A DNA stretch of 64,000 nucleotides from assembly GCA_000091205.1 (NCBI GenBank), contig AP006502.2; one strand, 5' to 3'. The notes beneath the pieces were generated by a model. That model was given only the letters and a program-made list of their open reading frames with translations, had not been told where the DNA came from and made no database searches. Position numbers and translations under genes: made by a program. Positions 11,772-22,313 of this stretch are shown piece after piece. Source of the stretch: Cyanidioschyzon merolae. Its lineage: Eukaryota. Position 1 is the first letter of the stretch. Each line of letters begins with the position of its first letter.

Positions 11772-13799
11772 ATGTCTTCCAGCAACACTGGGGTTCGTGT
11801 GCCCGCAGCCGCAAGTGACGTAGAAAGCACGGACACCGGCTATGAGCAGGATGAGGAGCAACTACCGAACCAGCAAGATAGTGAAGCAACGGATCCGGAA
11901 GTTCAGTTTGATGGCGGTACCGATTGGCTGAACTCTTCAGAGGCGGAACCAGTGGAGCTGTCGCGAGCGTATTCTGCTCCAGAGCCGCTGGATGAAGGGC
12001 CCAAACCGAACTTACTGGATATTTCATCTGCGTGGGGTCAAGACTTTGTAGAGCGAGCTGATTCCGAGCTCGAGAGCTACGCCGAGGAGCACCCAGGCCC
12101 TGAAGAACACGGAGCGTCGCAGCAAGAGAGACAACGTTCCAGGTCGTATCTGAGAGCGCTACGAGCGAAGATGGACCGTACCTGGCGTGCAGACTGGACA
12201 CATCGCCTGGGACGCACACTTGACGGCACGGTGGACAGAGCCCGGCCCTACTGGCGCCACCTACGAAGCTCGAGCGGCCTTCGACGTCGGGTGCTTTCTC
12301 GTTCGCCGTCGATGCTCCTTCAGAACCTGAACCACAGCCGCAAAATCATCGCTCGCAAGTCCGTGGAAGCAGCTTCTGAAGCTGCCGAGTTTATATCGTC
12401 ACCAACGCTACTATTCCGACCTGCCAAGATGGCGTTCGCTATTGCGTTCCCTCTGCTCATACCGCTGTTAATCACCCCGTGGCGGATTCTGTTGATCCTC
12501 TTCGTTTTTTACGCCGTCTGGTATCTTGTGGTCGCCGCGATTTTCGCAACAGAGGTGATGATGCGCCCGCCCTGGTACCGAGTTGGACTAGGTGGGCAAC
12601 TGCCGATGGTGGAGATCCCTCCGTACTGGCGCGGCGTTTGCCACAATCCGAAGCAGGATCTCCAGTTGGACTACGTTTCGGTTTCGTTTGAGTCTTTGCA
12701 TCCGCCTCGGCGGACACTGCGCGGCTGGTATATCCCCGCGGAAAGCACTGGAATGACTTTCGAGTCTGGGTCCGAACAGTCAGCCCCTGAAACGGGTGCA
12801 GCAAAACCCAGCGAGGCGAGCAGCGCAGACGCACCGAATCCACATGCAACAACACCGTCTGGTGAGCACGCGACGACGAGTCGCAGCCGAGGCACAACTT
12901 CGACGGGTCGGACCTGTGTAGTCTGTGTGCACGGGGCAGGTCGAGATCGCCGAAACTTCCTGCGCCACGCTGGCGCACTCCACCGCCACGGTTATGATGT
13001 GTTGCTGTTCGACCTCAGCGAGCATGGTCTCAGTGACGGGTCTGGTCGAGGAACCACTTTTGGTGCTCGAGAAAAATATGATGTGCTGGCGGCTATAGCG
13101 TATGCCTACAATGCCCTGCAAGCGGAGCGAATCGTTCTTCTGGGGACTTCAGCGGGAGCCTCTTCCTGCCTGCTCGCAGCAGCTGAATGGATCCGTTTGC
13201 ATCGATTCCTGAAACTGCAAATCGTCGGGCAGCGGCACGAATCATCGCAAGCGCTTAGTGAACAGCATTCTCTTGATTTCCCGGTACAGTGCATCATTGC
13301 AGAGAACCCGCTGGCCCGACCTGACGAACTCTTTATCTTCCATCTGGAGCGCCTCTCGCTCAACTACCTGCCAAAAGATTCGTATCATCTTGCGCGGAAG
13401 ACACTCTTCTGGTTTGCAAGCAGAGTGCTGCTGTTTCGTCTCGCATGGGTAGACCGCGAACCGAGCGCCGTACCAGGGTCTCATTTGCGCCGGCTCTGGG
13501 TAGTGATCAGCACCCTCAGTCGAGTGCTCGGAGGACGGACGCGCTGCGGCGCAGTCGACGTCATGACCGACATTCATTGTCCGTTGTTCGTTTTGCACGG
13601 CACCGGTGATGAAATCGTGCCCGTCGACCATGGCATGCGCATCTTCGCAGCGGCTAACGAGCCCCGTCAGCTGTGGCTCGCTCCGGACGCGGCACACTGT
13701 GCCCTGTTCGATCAGTATCCAACTGAGTGGGAAAATCGGGTTGTGGATTTTATCGAAAAGAGCCTGAGCGAAGAGTCGAATGCGAAATCAAGATCCTGA
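11772..13799 (+). CDS. Membrane-anchored alpha/beta-hydrolase-fold protein with acidic disordered N-terminus, transmembrane segment and C-terminal esterase/lipase-like hydrolase domain.
   Basis: HGAGRDRRNF...GYDVLLFDLSEHGLSDG matches the HG..fD.rGhG.S pattern, GTSAG is a nucleophile elbow, and VLHGTGDEIVP and AAHCAL fit the Asp and His sites. Hydrophobic stretch AFAIAFPLLIPLLITPWRILLILFVFYAVWYLVVAAIF. Start taken at the internal ATG 11772 because the 11637 start overlaps the upstream ORF. Confidence 0.7.
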   Translation: MSSSNTGVRVPAAASDVESTDTGYEQDEEQLPNQQDSEATDPEVQFDGGTDWLNSSEAEPVELSRAYSAPEPLDEGPKPNLLDISSAWGQDFVERADSELESYAEEHPGPEEHGASQQERQRSRSYLRALRAKMDRTWRADWTHRLGRTLDGTVDRARPYWRHLRSSSGLRRRVLSRSPSMLLQNLNHSRKIIARKSVEAASEAAEFISSPTLLFRPAKMAFAIAFPLLIPLLITPWRILLILFVFYAVWYLVVAAIFATEVMMRPPWYRVGLGGQLPMVEIPPYWRGVCHNPKQDLQLDYVSVSFESLHPPRRTLRGWYIPAESTGMTFESGSEQSAPETGAAKPSEASSADAPNPHATTPSGEHATTSRSRGTTSTGRTCVVCVHGAGRDRRNFLRHAGALHRHGYDVLLFDLSEHGLSDGSGRGTTFGAREKYDVLAAIAYAYNALQAERIVLLGTSAGASSCLLAAAEWIRLHRFLKLQIVGQRHESSQALSEQHSLDFPVQCIIAENPLARPDELFIFHLERLSLNYLPKDSYHLARKTLFWFASRVLLFRLAWVDREPSAVPGSHLRRLWVVISTLSRVLGGRTRCGAVDVMTDIHCPLFVLHGTGDEIVPVDHGMRIFAAANEPRQLWLAPDAAHCALFDQYPTEWENRVVDFIEKSLSEESNAKSRS

Positions 13800-16547
13800 T
13801 TCGGCCCTATGCAGTGCAATTGCTTGACAAATGCGAACGCTTCAGCTGAGCGAAGGACGCTTGCACCCGGCAGATACGCAAGGGCCGCACCACAGACCCC
13901 GGCAAGCGCCTCGTGCCGCAGGCCCGTGCTGCGACACCGACGAGGTACTGGGAATCTTTCGAAAAGGCTCGTGCGTGACGAGCTATGCGACGCTGTACCG
14001 TTCTGAACAGAGGGCAGCACGAATCCAGGGATATTGGCGGGAATGCCGCGTTTTGTGCACGTGCAAGCCGTCATGCTTGCGTGCACTCGCACAGAGACAA
14101 CACCATTGATCATCGACGTTGTCGTCGGTGGTCGCTTCCGGTCACATCAATAGAATCCACTCGAATTTCAATACGCTTGAATGCTTCGTGGTCCGGAATC
14201 GCTCCGACATTGTCGCCGAGAACCTCGTACACCAGGAATCAGAGCCGAAGCTTGTCAGTCGACTCACGAAGCAACGAATTAGTTTCCCGCTTGGCGATGA
14301 TCGTGGACAATATTCCAGAGTGCAGCGCGTTGCTGGGGCAGCTCTTAACAAACAAAGCACATCCAGCAAAGCTACTTGAGCGGATGCAGCACAATTCTCG
14401 GGTCCGATGCAGCGCCCGGAGCATGCACCACCGTCCACGGGCAGGCACCTGTTAACACTATCGCCCAGAGCCTGCATGCACTTCACAGGCGCTTTGCCGG
14501 TTTCCACGAGTCGAAGCTCATGCAATGCCAGGCATCAGGAGTACGTGGTGGCGACAACAGCTGCCTTGCGTCCCATTCGCCAGGGTCGTATCAGGGGCTG
14601 TGGCCGACGCTTCGTTCCAGCGCCTGGGCTCGTGTGCCATCTGCTGCCACAGCTGAGCTGTCGTGCGTGTGCTCAGAGTCACTGGGCACGATGCTTAGAT
14701 GTAGACAACGATACATTTGGTTCCGCACATCCACACAGTCGCACTGCGTTTCCCAAAGCGGATGACGCACATCCATGCCACTGGTCGCAGTCTGCGCACG
14801 AACAGAACAATCAGTAGTTATGGTGCCGGTGCCAGCGTCCGCAACCTGATGTCTATCACACGTACGGCTTGTTGTAGGCAGTGCAGGCATGTTGCCACAT
14901 GAGGATTCGTACCCGTTTCTTGGATGGGCAGAAAGCGAGCGTGAACGGGGCATCCCCGAATGCACGTCTGGGATCAACGACCGGGAAATCGTCCAGCATT
15001 CCGCGCACTATCTACCTCGAACTTCCACTACCCGTACTTGCCCTCGAAGATACTGGTCATTTCGTATGTTTCATCGTTCGTCGAGTCTACCTTGAGCGTC
15101 CGTCATAGCGTCAATGCGAACGCAGCTCGGAAACCGACCGGTTTTGCTTGCATCCGCGGGAGAGCGCACTATCGTCGCCAACGGTGTGCGAAGTTGCCTC
15201 GCGACTATTTCACTACCGCGGACAAGCACTTCATTCGACACGAAAGTGTAGACATTCTGTGGATCATGGCGACTGCTGCGGGTCGCTTCATGCGGTCGCA
15301 TGTGCTACTAGCTCCGTTTGGCGCACCGGAGCTCCAGGGCATCGGGTGTGAGAATCTGTGCAAGTTCGCATAAAGAGTTGGAACGTATTGCCACAGCGTG
15401 CTGTAGAATTTGCGACTACAGCGGTTCCGGCTTCGTGAGGCATTCCAGAAGCTGCTCGTGCCGCACGAACGCGATGTCAGCGTTATCGCTTCTAGCGCAG
15501 AGCACCTGCGACTACCACGCACGGAACCGAACTCCAGGTTCAGTAGAAACAACAGTTACAGTCAAAGGGACACGGACCGTTCAGACCTTCCGGTTGATCC
15601 GTGGCCAGCTCCTCCAGGCTAAAGACTCGATAGCCTTCCTCGGTTCGCGCTGATCGCGTTCGTGAAACTGGCGATGCTGCGTCCACACGCGAGTGTCTCC
15701 TGGGCAGCTGCTTCGTATCCTGCTTCGTCAGCGTTCTTTGGACTCCGATACGACCATCTTTCTTGGGAGTGTTGCCGAAGCGACGGAGGCTCCGTTCCGG
15801 CTTTCGATTGCCTTGGCTGCTTCGCGAACGTTGAGCAGCCGCGTTTCGCGTCAACTTTTTTGATGACTCGCGAGCGCGTTCGAACAATTCATCGAGCTGT
15901 TGTTGATCCTCTTGTGGTGGCCTGGAAACTGCAGGAGCTAGCCCCTGCTTCATCACAGCAAGCTTGGTGCGGGATCCGAACGTAGAAGCGCCCCAAACGA
16001 AAACAACGATACAGCAGTGACGGCGACTACAACCGTTGTACGGCAAGGCGCCAGGCTTAGCGTAGCGCGTTGCAAGCCGACGACAGCATTGTACGACGTT
16101 ACGACAAGCTGATCATCAATGCCCACAAGGAACACGTTGCTCTGGACTCTATTGTATTGGAATTAGGCTCGTGCTGGATATCGCGTATGAAAAGCGCGGG
16201 TTCAGGGGAGCTTCGATGCGCAGCAGTTTCCGTCTTTGCTGTACAGATCCCCTGGAGAAAAAACTTGTTCAACGCTGGTACATGCGACCTCCTTTTGCTA
16301 ACGCGGCGTTCTGCTTTACCCATTCTTACAGTTCAGCATGTTCCTGTACCAGAGTTCCAGCTTGCAATCGACCGCGCAACGTGGGTCGGCTGCTTCATCC
16401 CAATAACGATGCAGAACACGCGGTACTTGCGAATGCTGCAACGCGCTAACCCTCACGTTCCTGTCATAGATGCGTATGCGCTGCTGGTGGCACCGCAGTA
16501 CGGCGTCTCGTCCAGGTCATGAAGTGAATGTGCAGAAGAAATGGCGC

Positions 16548-17390
16548 TCATACTTTCTCGTACACGAGCAGGAACTTGTCACCCTGAACACGCGATACAC
16601 GACGGCCCTCGTCGGTCCAGTCCCGCACCGCAGCGGCATAGGGATCGTTCTTGAAGAACTGAATGGAGGCTTCGTCCGAGTCCTCTATCGGCTTCGATTC
16701 CGGAACCCGGTTTGGGTTATATCGGCTTTTGCCGTGACGCTCGATTAAGCGGCATTTACGCACGAAAAGTGCACTCTCTTCGAAGCGATCATGCATCCAT
16801 TCATAGAGCGCTTCTACGTCAGTAGAGGTATAGATGCGGCCGCCTCTTCGAAGCAAGTACGCATAGAGCGGCAACAAGGTCCTGGAGATGATTCGTTGGC
16901 GGTGCTTTTTCCGTTTAAAGTGTGGATCAGGATACGCAAAAATAAGCGCGTCCAAACTTGCACGTTCGATGTAGTTCCAAAGATATCGCTGTGCGTTTGT
17001 ATGCAGAAACGCAACGCGTCGATACGCTCCACAAGTGGAACGAAGCTCGAGCAGCTTCTGGTGTGCCTGTTGCCATACCGCAGTGCGAATCTCGAGGCCG
17101 AGCACGCAACAGTCCGGGGCAACACGCGTCGCTAGGTATAGTAACAGTCCTCCGTATCCGCTTCCGATGTCAACAACACGAACCTTGGGACTCGCTACTC
17201 CCGGAAAGACGCCAGTCCAGGTTACAAGTTTCGGACTCAGCGGAACTGCAAAGCCGCCAATAGCTAGCGGGTTTCGATGCGCTCGCGCCACGTACCCTGA
17301 ACGCTTGCTCGTCACGAAACGAATCTCAGCTTCGTCTCCAGAGCTTTGAACCACGTCTACCTGGCTGTGCTCGAGACCTGTTTCGGACAT
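16548..17390 (-). CDS. TRM8: tRNA (guanine-N7)-methyltransferase (Trm8/METTL1).
   Basis: VVDIGSGYGGLLLYL, GLEIR, FAYPDPHFKRKKHRQRIISRTLL..YAYLLRRGGRIYTSTDV are the canonical Trm8 motifs. Start placed at internal ATG (MSETGLEH...) giving ~280 aa. Confidence 0.85.
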   Translation of the reverse strand: MSETGLEHSQVDVVQSSGDEAEIRFVTSKRSGYVARAHRNPLAIGGFAVPLSPKLVTWTGVFPGVASPKVRVVDIGSGYGGLLLYLATRVAPDCCVLGLEIRTAVWQQAHQKLLELRSTCGAYRRVAFLHTNAQRYLWNYIERASLDALIFAYPDPHFKRKKHRQRIISRTLLPLYAYLLRRGGRIYTSTDVEALYEWMHDRFEESALFVRKCRLIERHGKSRYNPNRVPESKPIEDSDEASIQFFKNDPYAAAVRDWTDEGRRVSRVQGDKFLLVYEKV

Positions 17391-19962
17391 GGCGCAAGTG
17401 CACAGCGCACTGCGTCGCCGCTGGTGACAAACGCACCAGCTGGGTGTATGTCCAGGAGACGTTGCCAGCGTCTCAACTGGTGGTTTCGAGTGTGGTATGC
17501 GATCAGCGAAAACGAACAAACGTTACACTCGGATGCGCAACGCGTTCCGAGAAGCCGAAAGAGACCTCAGTCGCTCCGGATACGATTCTGGATAAAGAAA
17601 ATCTCAGAGCACGATTGCTCAGGAGAATACGGAAATGTCGGAATAAGAAATGGAACCGGTTCTCCAACATAGCATGACACACGCTTATTATTGGGTCGCT
17701 TTCCGTTGTTTTCAACGCAACGCTTTACAGGATGATTGCATGTACGCTTCGTTTTGCGACCTCTTATACCCTGTTTCAAATACACTGGAGTCTCCTTTGT
17801 CTCCAGCGCCGATGTCAGCAGGCGAGGCATGTTGAAGGCTGCGTTATCGCCCCCATTTGCGAGCACTGAGCTCTTGGCAACGGGGTTCATACACAGACGG
17901 TAGTTACGATCGACGCCTCGATTAGCATTTTCATCTCGTTTGTACACAGCCGCAATACGCTATTCGCAACGGTGACACTCAACTGCGGTCAGGTGTTCCG
18001 CGATGCGTCCACCATGCATACTCCTACGAGAGTCGCCCTAGTGCGCGTGAATGCTTGCCTCAACGCTCGGTGCATGCCCTTGACTGTACGAGGAGGCTGC
18101 TCTCGATGGCTTTTTTCCATTGGCGGGCTGTGTGCCGTACCCTACAATCAGGGGCTACTTTCAGGCGATACCCTCGACGAGTACTGTGTCCGCTGCACGC
18201 GCAAACGCATGCTGCTCTATTCGATAGGGGATTGGTGGTGGAACGCGATGGTGTCCATGATGAGACAAATACCAGATGGAAAATTCTAGGTTGGTGATCA
18301 AGTCGTGAAACTTTGATCCGTGTAGGCTCTTTTCATGCAAAGCGATGACGCAAATTGCTCTGGAGGCGGTCGTTGCAATGAATCAATTCCGAGTCCGAGT
18401 CTTTTTTCCATGGAAATGAAAGAGACGAGAGCCCCCGGGGAGCATGCCCCATTAAGAATATATAATGGTGGTGGAGAATCCTTTTTTATGGATGCACACA
18501 CAGAGAGAAAGATTCGTCGTTCCTACGAAACAGATAACTTGACTTGACGAGTTCAACGATCTTGAGGCACGAGCTTGTGAACAAGCCCTCAAGGGACGAC
18601 ATCTAGTTTTTGTCCTCGTTAATCTAGTGGCGCAAGTGCTGCGTCAAGGGCCTGTTTTGAAATAGACGCATTGAAAAATTGAAGGACGCGTGACCTGAGC
18701 ATCCTACACGTACGTTTATATGAAAAGCGGAGTCTTGTACTTGCGGGTAATGTGACGATATCGCTTATTTTGCGAGTCCTGGTGCAAGGGCGTCGCTTAT
18801 GATCTTGACTCCCGTCCTATGACGAATTCCATCGGCACGGTGTCGAAAAAGTCGCACCGAAAATACAACCAAGAATCTCAAAACTCCCTATGAATCGATA
18901 AACCCTATTCTCTATCGTCTGAATGCCCAAGCTATACATCTAAGAAAAAGGTTTGGAAAACATCGAAAACCGGAATTAGAGCAAGCAGTTCCGTGCTCTG
19001 TTTTCATCTAAAAGGAATGTAGACGCTAAAGGTAAACATCATAACGCGTGTACCCAATTTTTGACGCAACACATTCCTGTTGTTGCATCCGAGCCCACTT
19101 GTCGTTTACTGTCGCCAAATGGAACAGATGCTGAACGCTTCAAACGCTCGCGAGAAACCATACCCCCGGTCGTGGGCTATCACAGATGCGGCTACGACCC
19201 GATTTCAACATATGCCCAAAAACGTACTGCTTCCAAAAGACTGTCCAACTGGATGAGGTTTCGAAAGGTTTTGTGGCATCTCGAAGAACTCGAAGAGTCG
19301 CGCACGTGCCAACTACTTTTTGTTCTCCACTGTAGTCGCTAGTGCGACTCCACCAGATATTCTTGTTGCATGCATGCATGCATGCGAGATTAGTCCAAAG
19401 TTCAAGCGCGCGTTGCGCTTTTCACGATGCCAATACGATAGCACAGAGATCGCATCCAAAGACAGATTCATATCAAAGGGTTGGAGAATTCTTCATATAC
19501 CGTTTCATAAACGTTCGTCACACATGCAAACTAACAAAGCGCAAAAACTCGACATGATACGATTTTTTACAAAGTACAACACTTGGATCCAGTCGCACTT
19601 CTCGCTACCAAGCACAAATTGCGATCGGATATATCTTTTCAAGAACTGCATTTTATGGGCGCATCATGTCCAGATCGTCTACGGGTTCGAGTCGCCTCGA
19701 AATGCCACCAGCGCTGACCACTATGCGGTACAGCTCATGAGGCTCAGGTCGCGGGGTGCGCTACATATGCAGCCATTCCCTGAATGGATGGTTCGAGGTA
19801 CGAATCCGGATGTTCCCGTTCGTACAAAGGTAGCCCTGGCAGCGTTCAGGGTGTGTCTCCTAGGAGCCTGCTGCCACATTGGGCGACTTAATCACTGCCT
19901 AACTCGCATGGGTAGTTGCACCGACGATCTTGTCGAAAAGCATCAGCGTCATTCCATGCAAC

Positions 19963-21519
19963 CTAATCATCCATGGTTGGTGAAAACGGAAGCGGCTCGA
20001 TCATCACCTCATCGTGCGCGGTTGCACCAGACAGGGTGTTCATATTTTCGAGGAACGCTCGGCGCATATCATTGACCTTTTCGTGCTCATCCGCAATCAC
20101 ATGTTCGTACTGAAGCATCGAGGGACTCGTCACCGAGCTTTCACTCCAACAATCCGGAGCGATGCCCGCAGAGCGCAAAAAGGTCTGGCGCTCGCGGTCC
20201 GCGCGGGCACGCTCTAAACGAACCACACTGATCGTATCCGCTAACAACTGCGAGGGACTCTGCTCTCCGTGGATCGCCGCCTGGAGTACAAGGTCACGTA
20301 CTGCCACGTATTCGGCTTCAAGAACGAGGAGCCGCCATTCTAACGCGTCGTACACGAGTAGCTGAGCAGCTCGCATGCTCCATCGCACACCACCCAGAAG
20401 ATCACGTATTTCAAGCTCCGTTCGTCGCGGAAATTCCTCCAGGGAGAACACAGCAGTGTACGCTGCGACTGCTAGGACCTGCTCCCACTGCTGAGCCCTT
20501 GGCTCATTGCAGGCCCGCATTGGTTTGCCCGTCGACACATCTATCGGCCGAAATAGAGGTCGTTCAAAGTCGCTGGGTGCAAGCCCAAAAGTCATCGACG
20601 GTTCGTGAGCCTTAGAGGCGATCTCGCTGCGCCTCTCGCGGAGCACTTCCTGTTCAGTCGATCCGGCGTTCTCCGCGGCACCGCGGAGCGGGTGTTTCGC
20701 ATTTAAAGCGATGTAGCGAACGAGATAGATGAGCATGAGGAGCAGCTCGTCAGCATTCAAGGCCAAATAGTCGGAAACGAGTTCCAGCCATTTGCTTACC
20801 GTGGCAAGAGGATGATCGGTAAACGGAGTCACCAGCGTCGAGATCAGATACTGAAGAAAGGCTCGTGTTTCCCGGTTCGATTGAACCAACGCGATTCCTC
20901 GTTCGATCGGGTTCACATACATTGTGTCGGTTCTTGACTTGAGAAGTTCTAATATACCCGGCGGGCAGAATTCTTCAAGTGCTGATGACCAACGATCCTG
21001 TTCCGACACGACTCTCCCGAGCGACGCAGAGGCACCAGTCAGCAAGTTAAGCAGCTCCGCAATGGGCAGGTCGTTTCGGGCCCGTGGCGGCATGCCACGA
21101 GGCACACTTCGCTCTGGAGTGAACCAGCGCGGCCTTCCATATCGTGCAAACTCGCTTACAAGTGCAACAACTTCCGGATTGTGGAGAAGCTCCTGTTCCG
21201 AAGAGCGTACCGCTAAACCAGCGGCAGGCTCGCTGCCCGCAGCTTCGCGACGCTTCGCCTTGCGTTCGGCTTGCTTTGGCAACGCCGTCTCTGAGTACTC
21301 CACTGGAGCGCGCGATACGACTCGTTCTGAACGACGTCGACTGGTACGAGGCTGTTCCCCAAAGCCCGAAAGACTCGCTTCGTTTTGCACTAGAGGGAGC
21401 GCTTGCCCTTCAGCTGTTACCGGCAAGTCTGGTACAACATGGTCCACGTTATGACCTGCGCTTTGTCCAGACCCCAGAATGTCGGCTCCACGCTCCAAGT
21501 TCATAGCGAAGGGATGCAC
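19963..21519 (-). CDS. Hypothetical protein, 518 aa, no recognisable domain.
   Basis: Long uninterrupted ORF with host-like GC; no motif recognised by eye. Confidence 0.45.
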   Translation of the reverse strand: MHPFAMNLERGADILGSGQSAGHNVDHVVPDLPVTAEGQALPLVQNEASLSGFGEQPRTSRRRSERVVSRAPVEYSETALPKQAERKAKRREAAGSEPAAGLAVRSSEQELLHNPEVVALVSEFARYGRPRWFTPERSVPRGMPPRARNDLPIAELLNLLTGASASLGRVVSEQDRWSSALEEFCPPGILELLKSRTDTMYVNPIERGIALVQSNRETRAFLQYLISTLVTPFTDHPLATVSKWLELVSDYLALNADELLLMLIYLVRYIALNAKHPLRGAAENAGSTEQEVLRERRSEIASKAHEPSMTFGLAPSDFERPLFRPIDVSTGKPMRACNEPRAQQWEQVLAVAAYTAVFSLEEFPRRTELEIRDLLGGVRWSMRAAQLLVYDALEWRLLVLEAEYVAVRDLVLQAAIHGEQSPSQLLADTISVVRLERARADRERQTFLRSAGIAPDCWSESSVTSPSMLQYEHVIADEHEKVNDMRRAFLENMNTLSGATAHDEVMIEPLPFSPTMDD

Positions 21520-21747
21520 TTACTGCTCCATGAAATGCGCTGCTGGAGGATTCTCAGAATAGCATCCGCTAATGCCGTGGGCGAATACGGATGTAGACGA
21601 GCAGGCAGCTGCTGGGCGCACCGCTGGTGTTCGGTGTCGAACTCGGTGCGGGTGGCGTTTCATGCTGGACCGCTGGAAGCGACGAGCGTAGCCTCGGTAC
21701 CCAGTGAATAGCAGCTTCAACCAAGTTTCTATTGTCGTATAAGAAAA

Positions 21748-22313
21748 TAATGGAACAGTGAACTGCTCGTTCTGGTCCTGTATTTCCATTTGTTTCCGAT
21801 CTTGTTCTTGATAAACAGTTCAACAACCGTACAAGTGCAGTCAGGGCTTTCAGAATCATAGGTCGTTTGAGGCTGGTCGGTTGTCTGTTCAGAGAGGCGC
21901 TTTCAACGCACTGACGCTGGGATTCCCTATACCACCGGTATCAGGATGACTCGCGCCACTGCTGAACAGGGGTTCGTAAGAAACCGGACACCATGATCGA
22001 AATCGAACGTGCAAGCCGCCAATCTTTTAATCTTCTTACGTGTGGCGTGCTTGGCTCACGCATGCTTCTAACTATCGATGTCTCCGTTTCGAAGCAACTC
22101 GTGAGCGCAACGAGCCACGTCAGTGACTGGACGACGAAAAAACTCGGCATCATTCTCTGACGACTCGATTGCAAGCTCACGCCGAAAGTTCACGGAAAGT
22201 TTCACGTCGAAGGATCGACTTCGCTCGGAGCAGAAATCCTCCTCGCTTTGTGGCCATCGATGAAACGGCATTCGACGGCACTAGCATCTCGATGCCTCTC
22301 AGGGGGTATGCTC
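21748..22313. repeat. Dispersed repeat family, copy A (~566 bp), ~98% identical to copy B.
   Basis: aacagtgaactgctcgtt...cagggggtatgctcc shared with 30463-31025; the ORF track shows matching 79-aa, 67-aa and 75/85-aa ORFs in both copies. Confidence 0.9.

Noticed and set aside
21941-22180. Identical 79-aa minus-strand ORFs (MSLQ[SP]SRQRMMPSFFVV...) in repeat copies A and B, plus the overlapping 67-aa and 75/85-aa ORFs.
   Set aside because: Their conservation follows automatically from ~98% DNA identity of the repeat; several overlap each other in different frames and none has recognisable features, so they are not called as genes.
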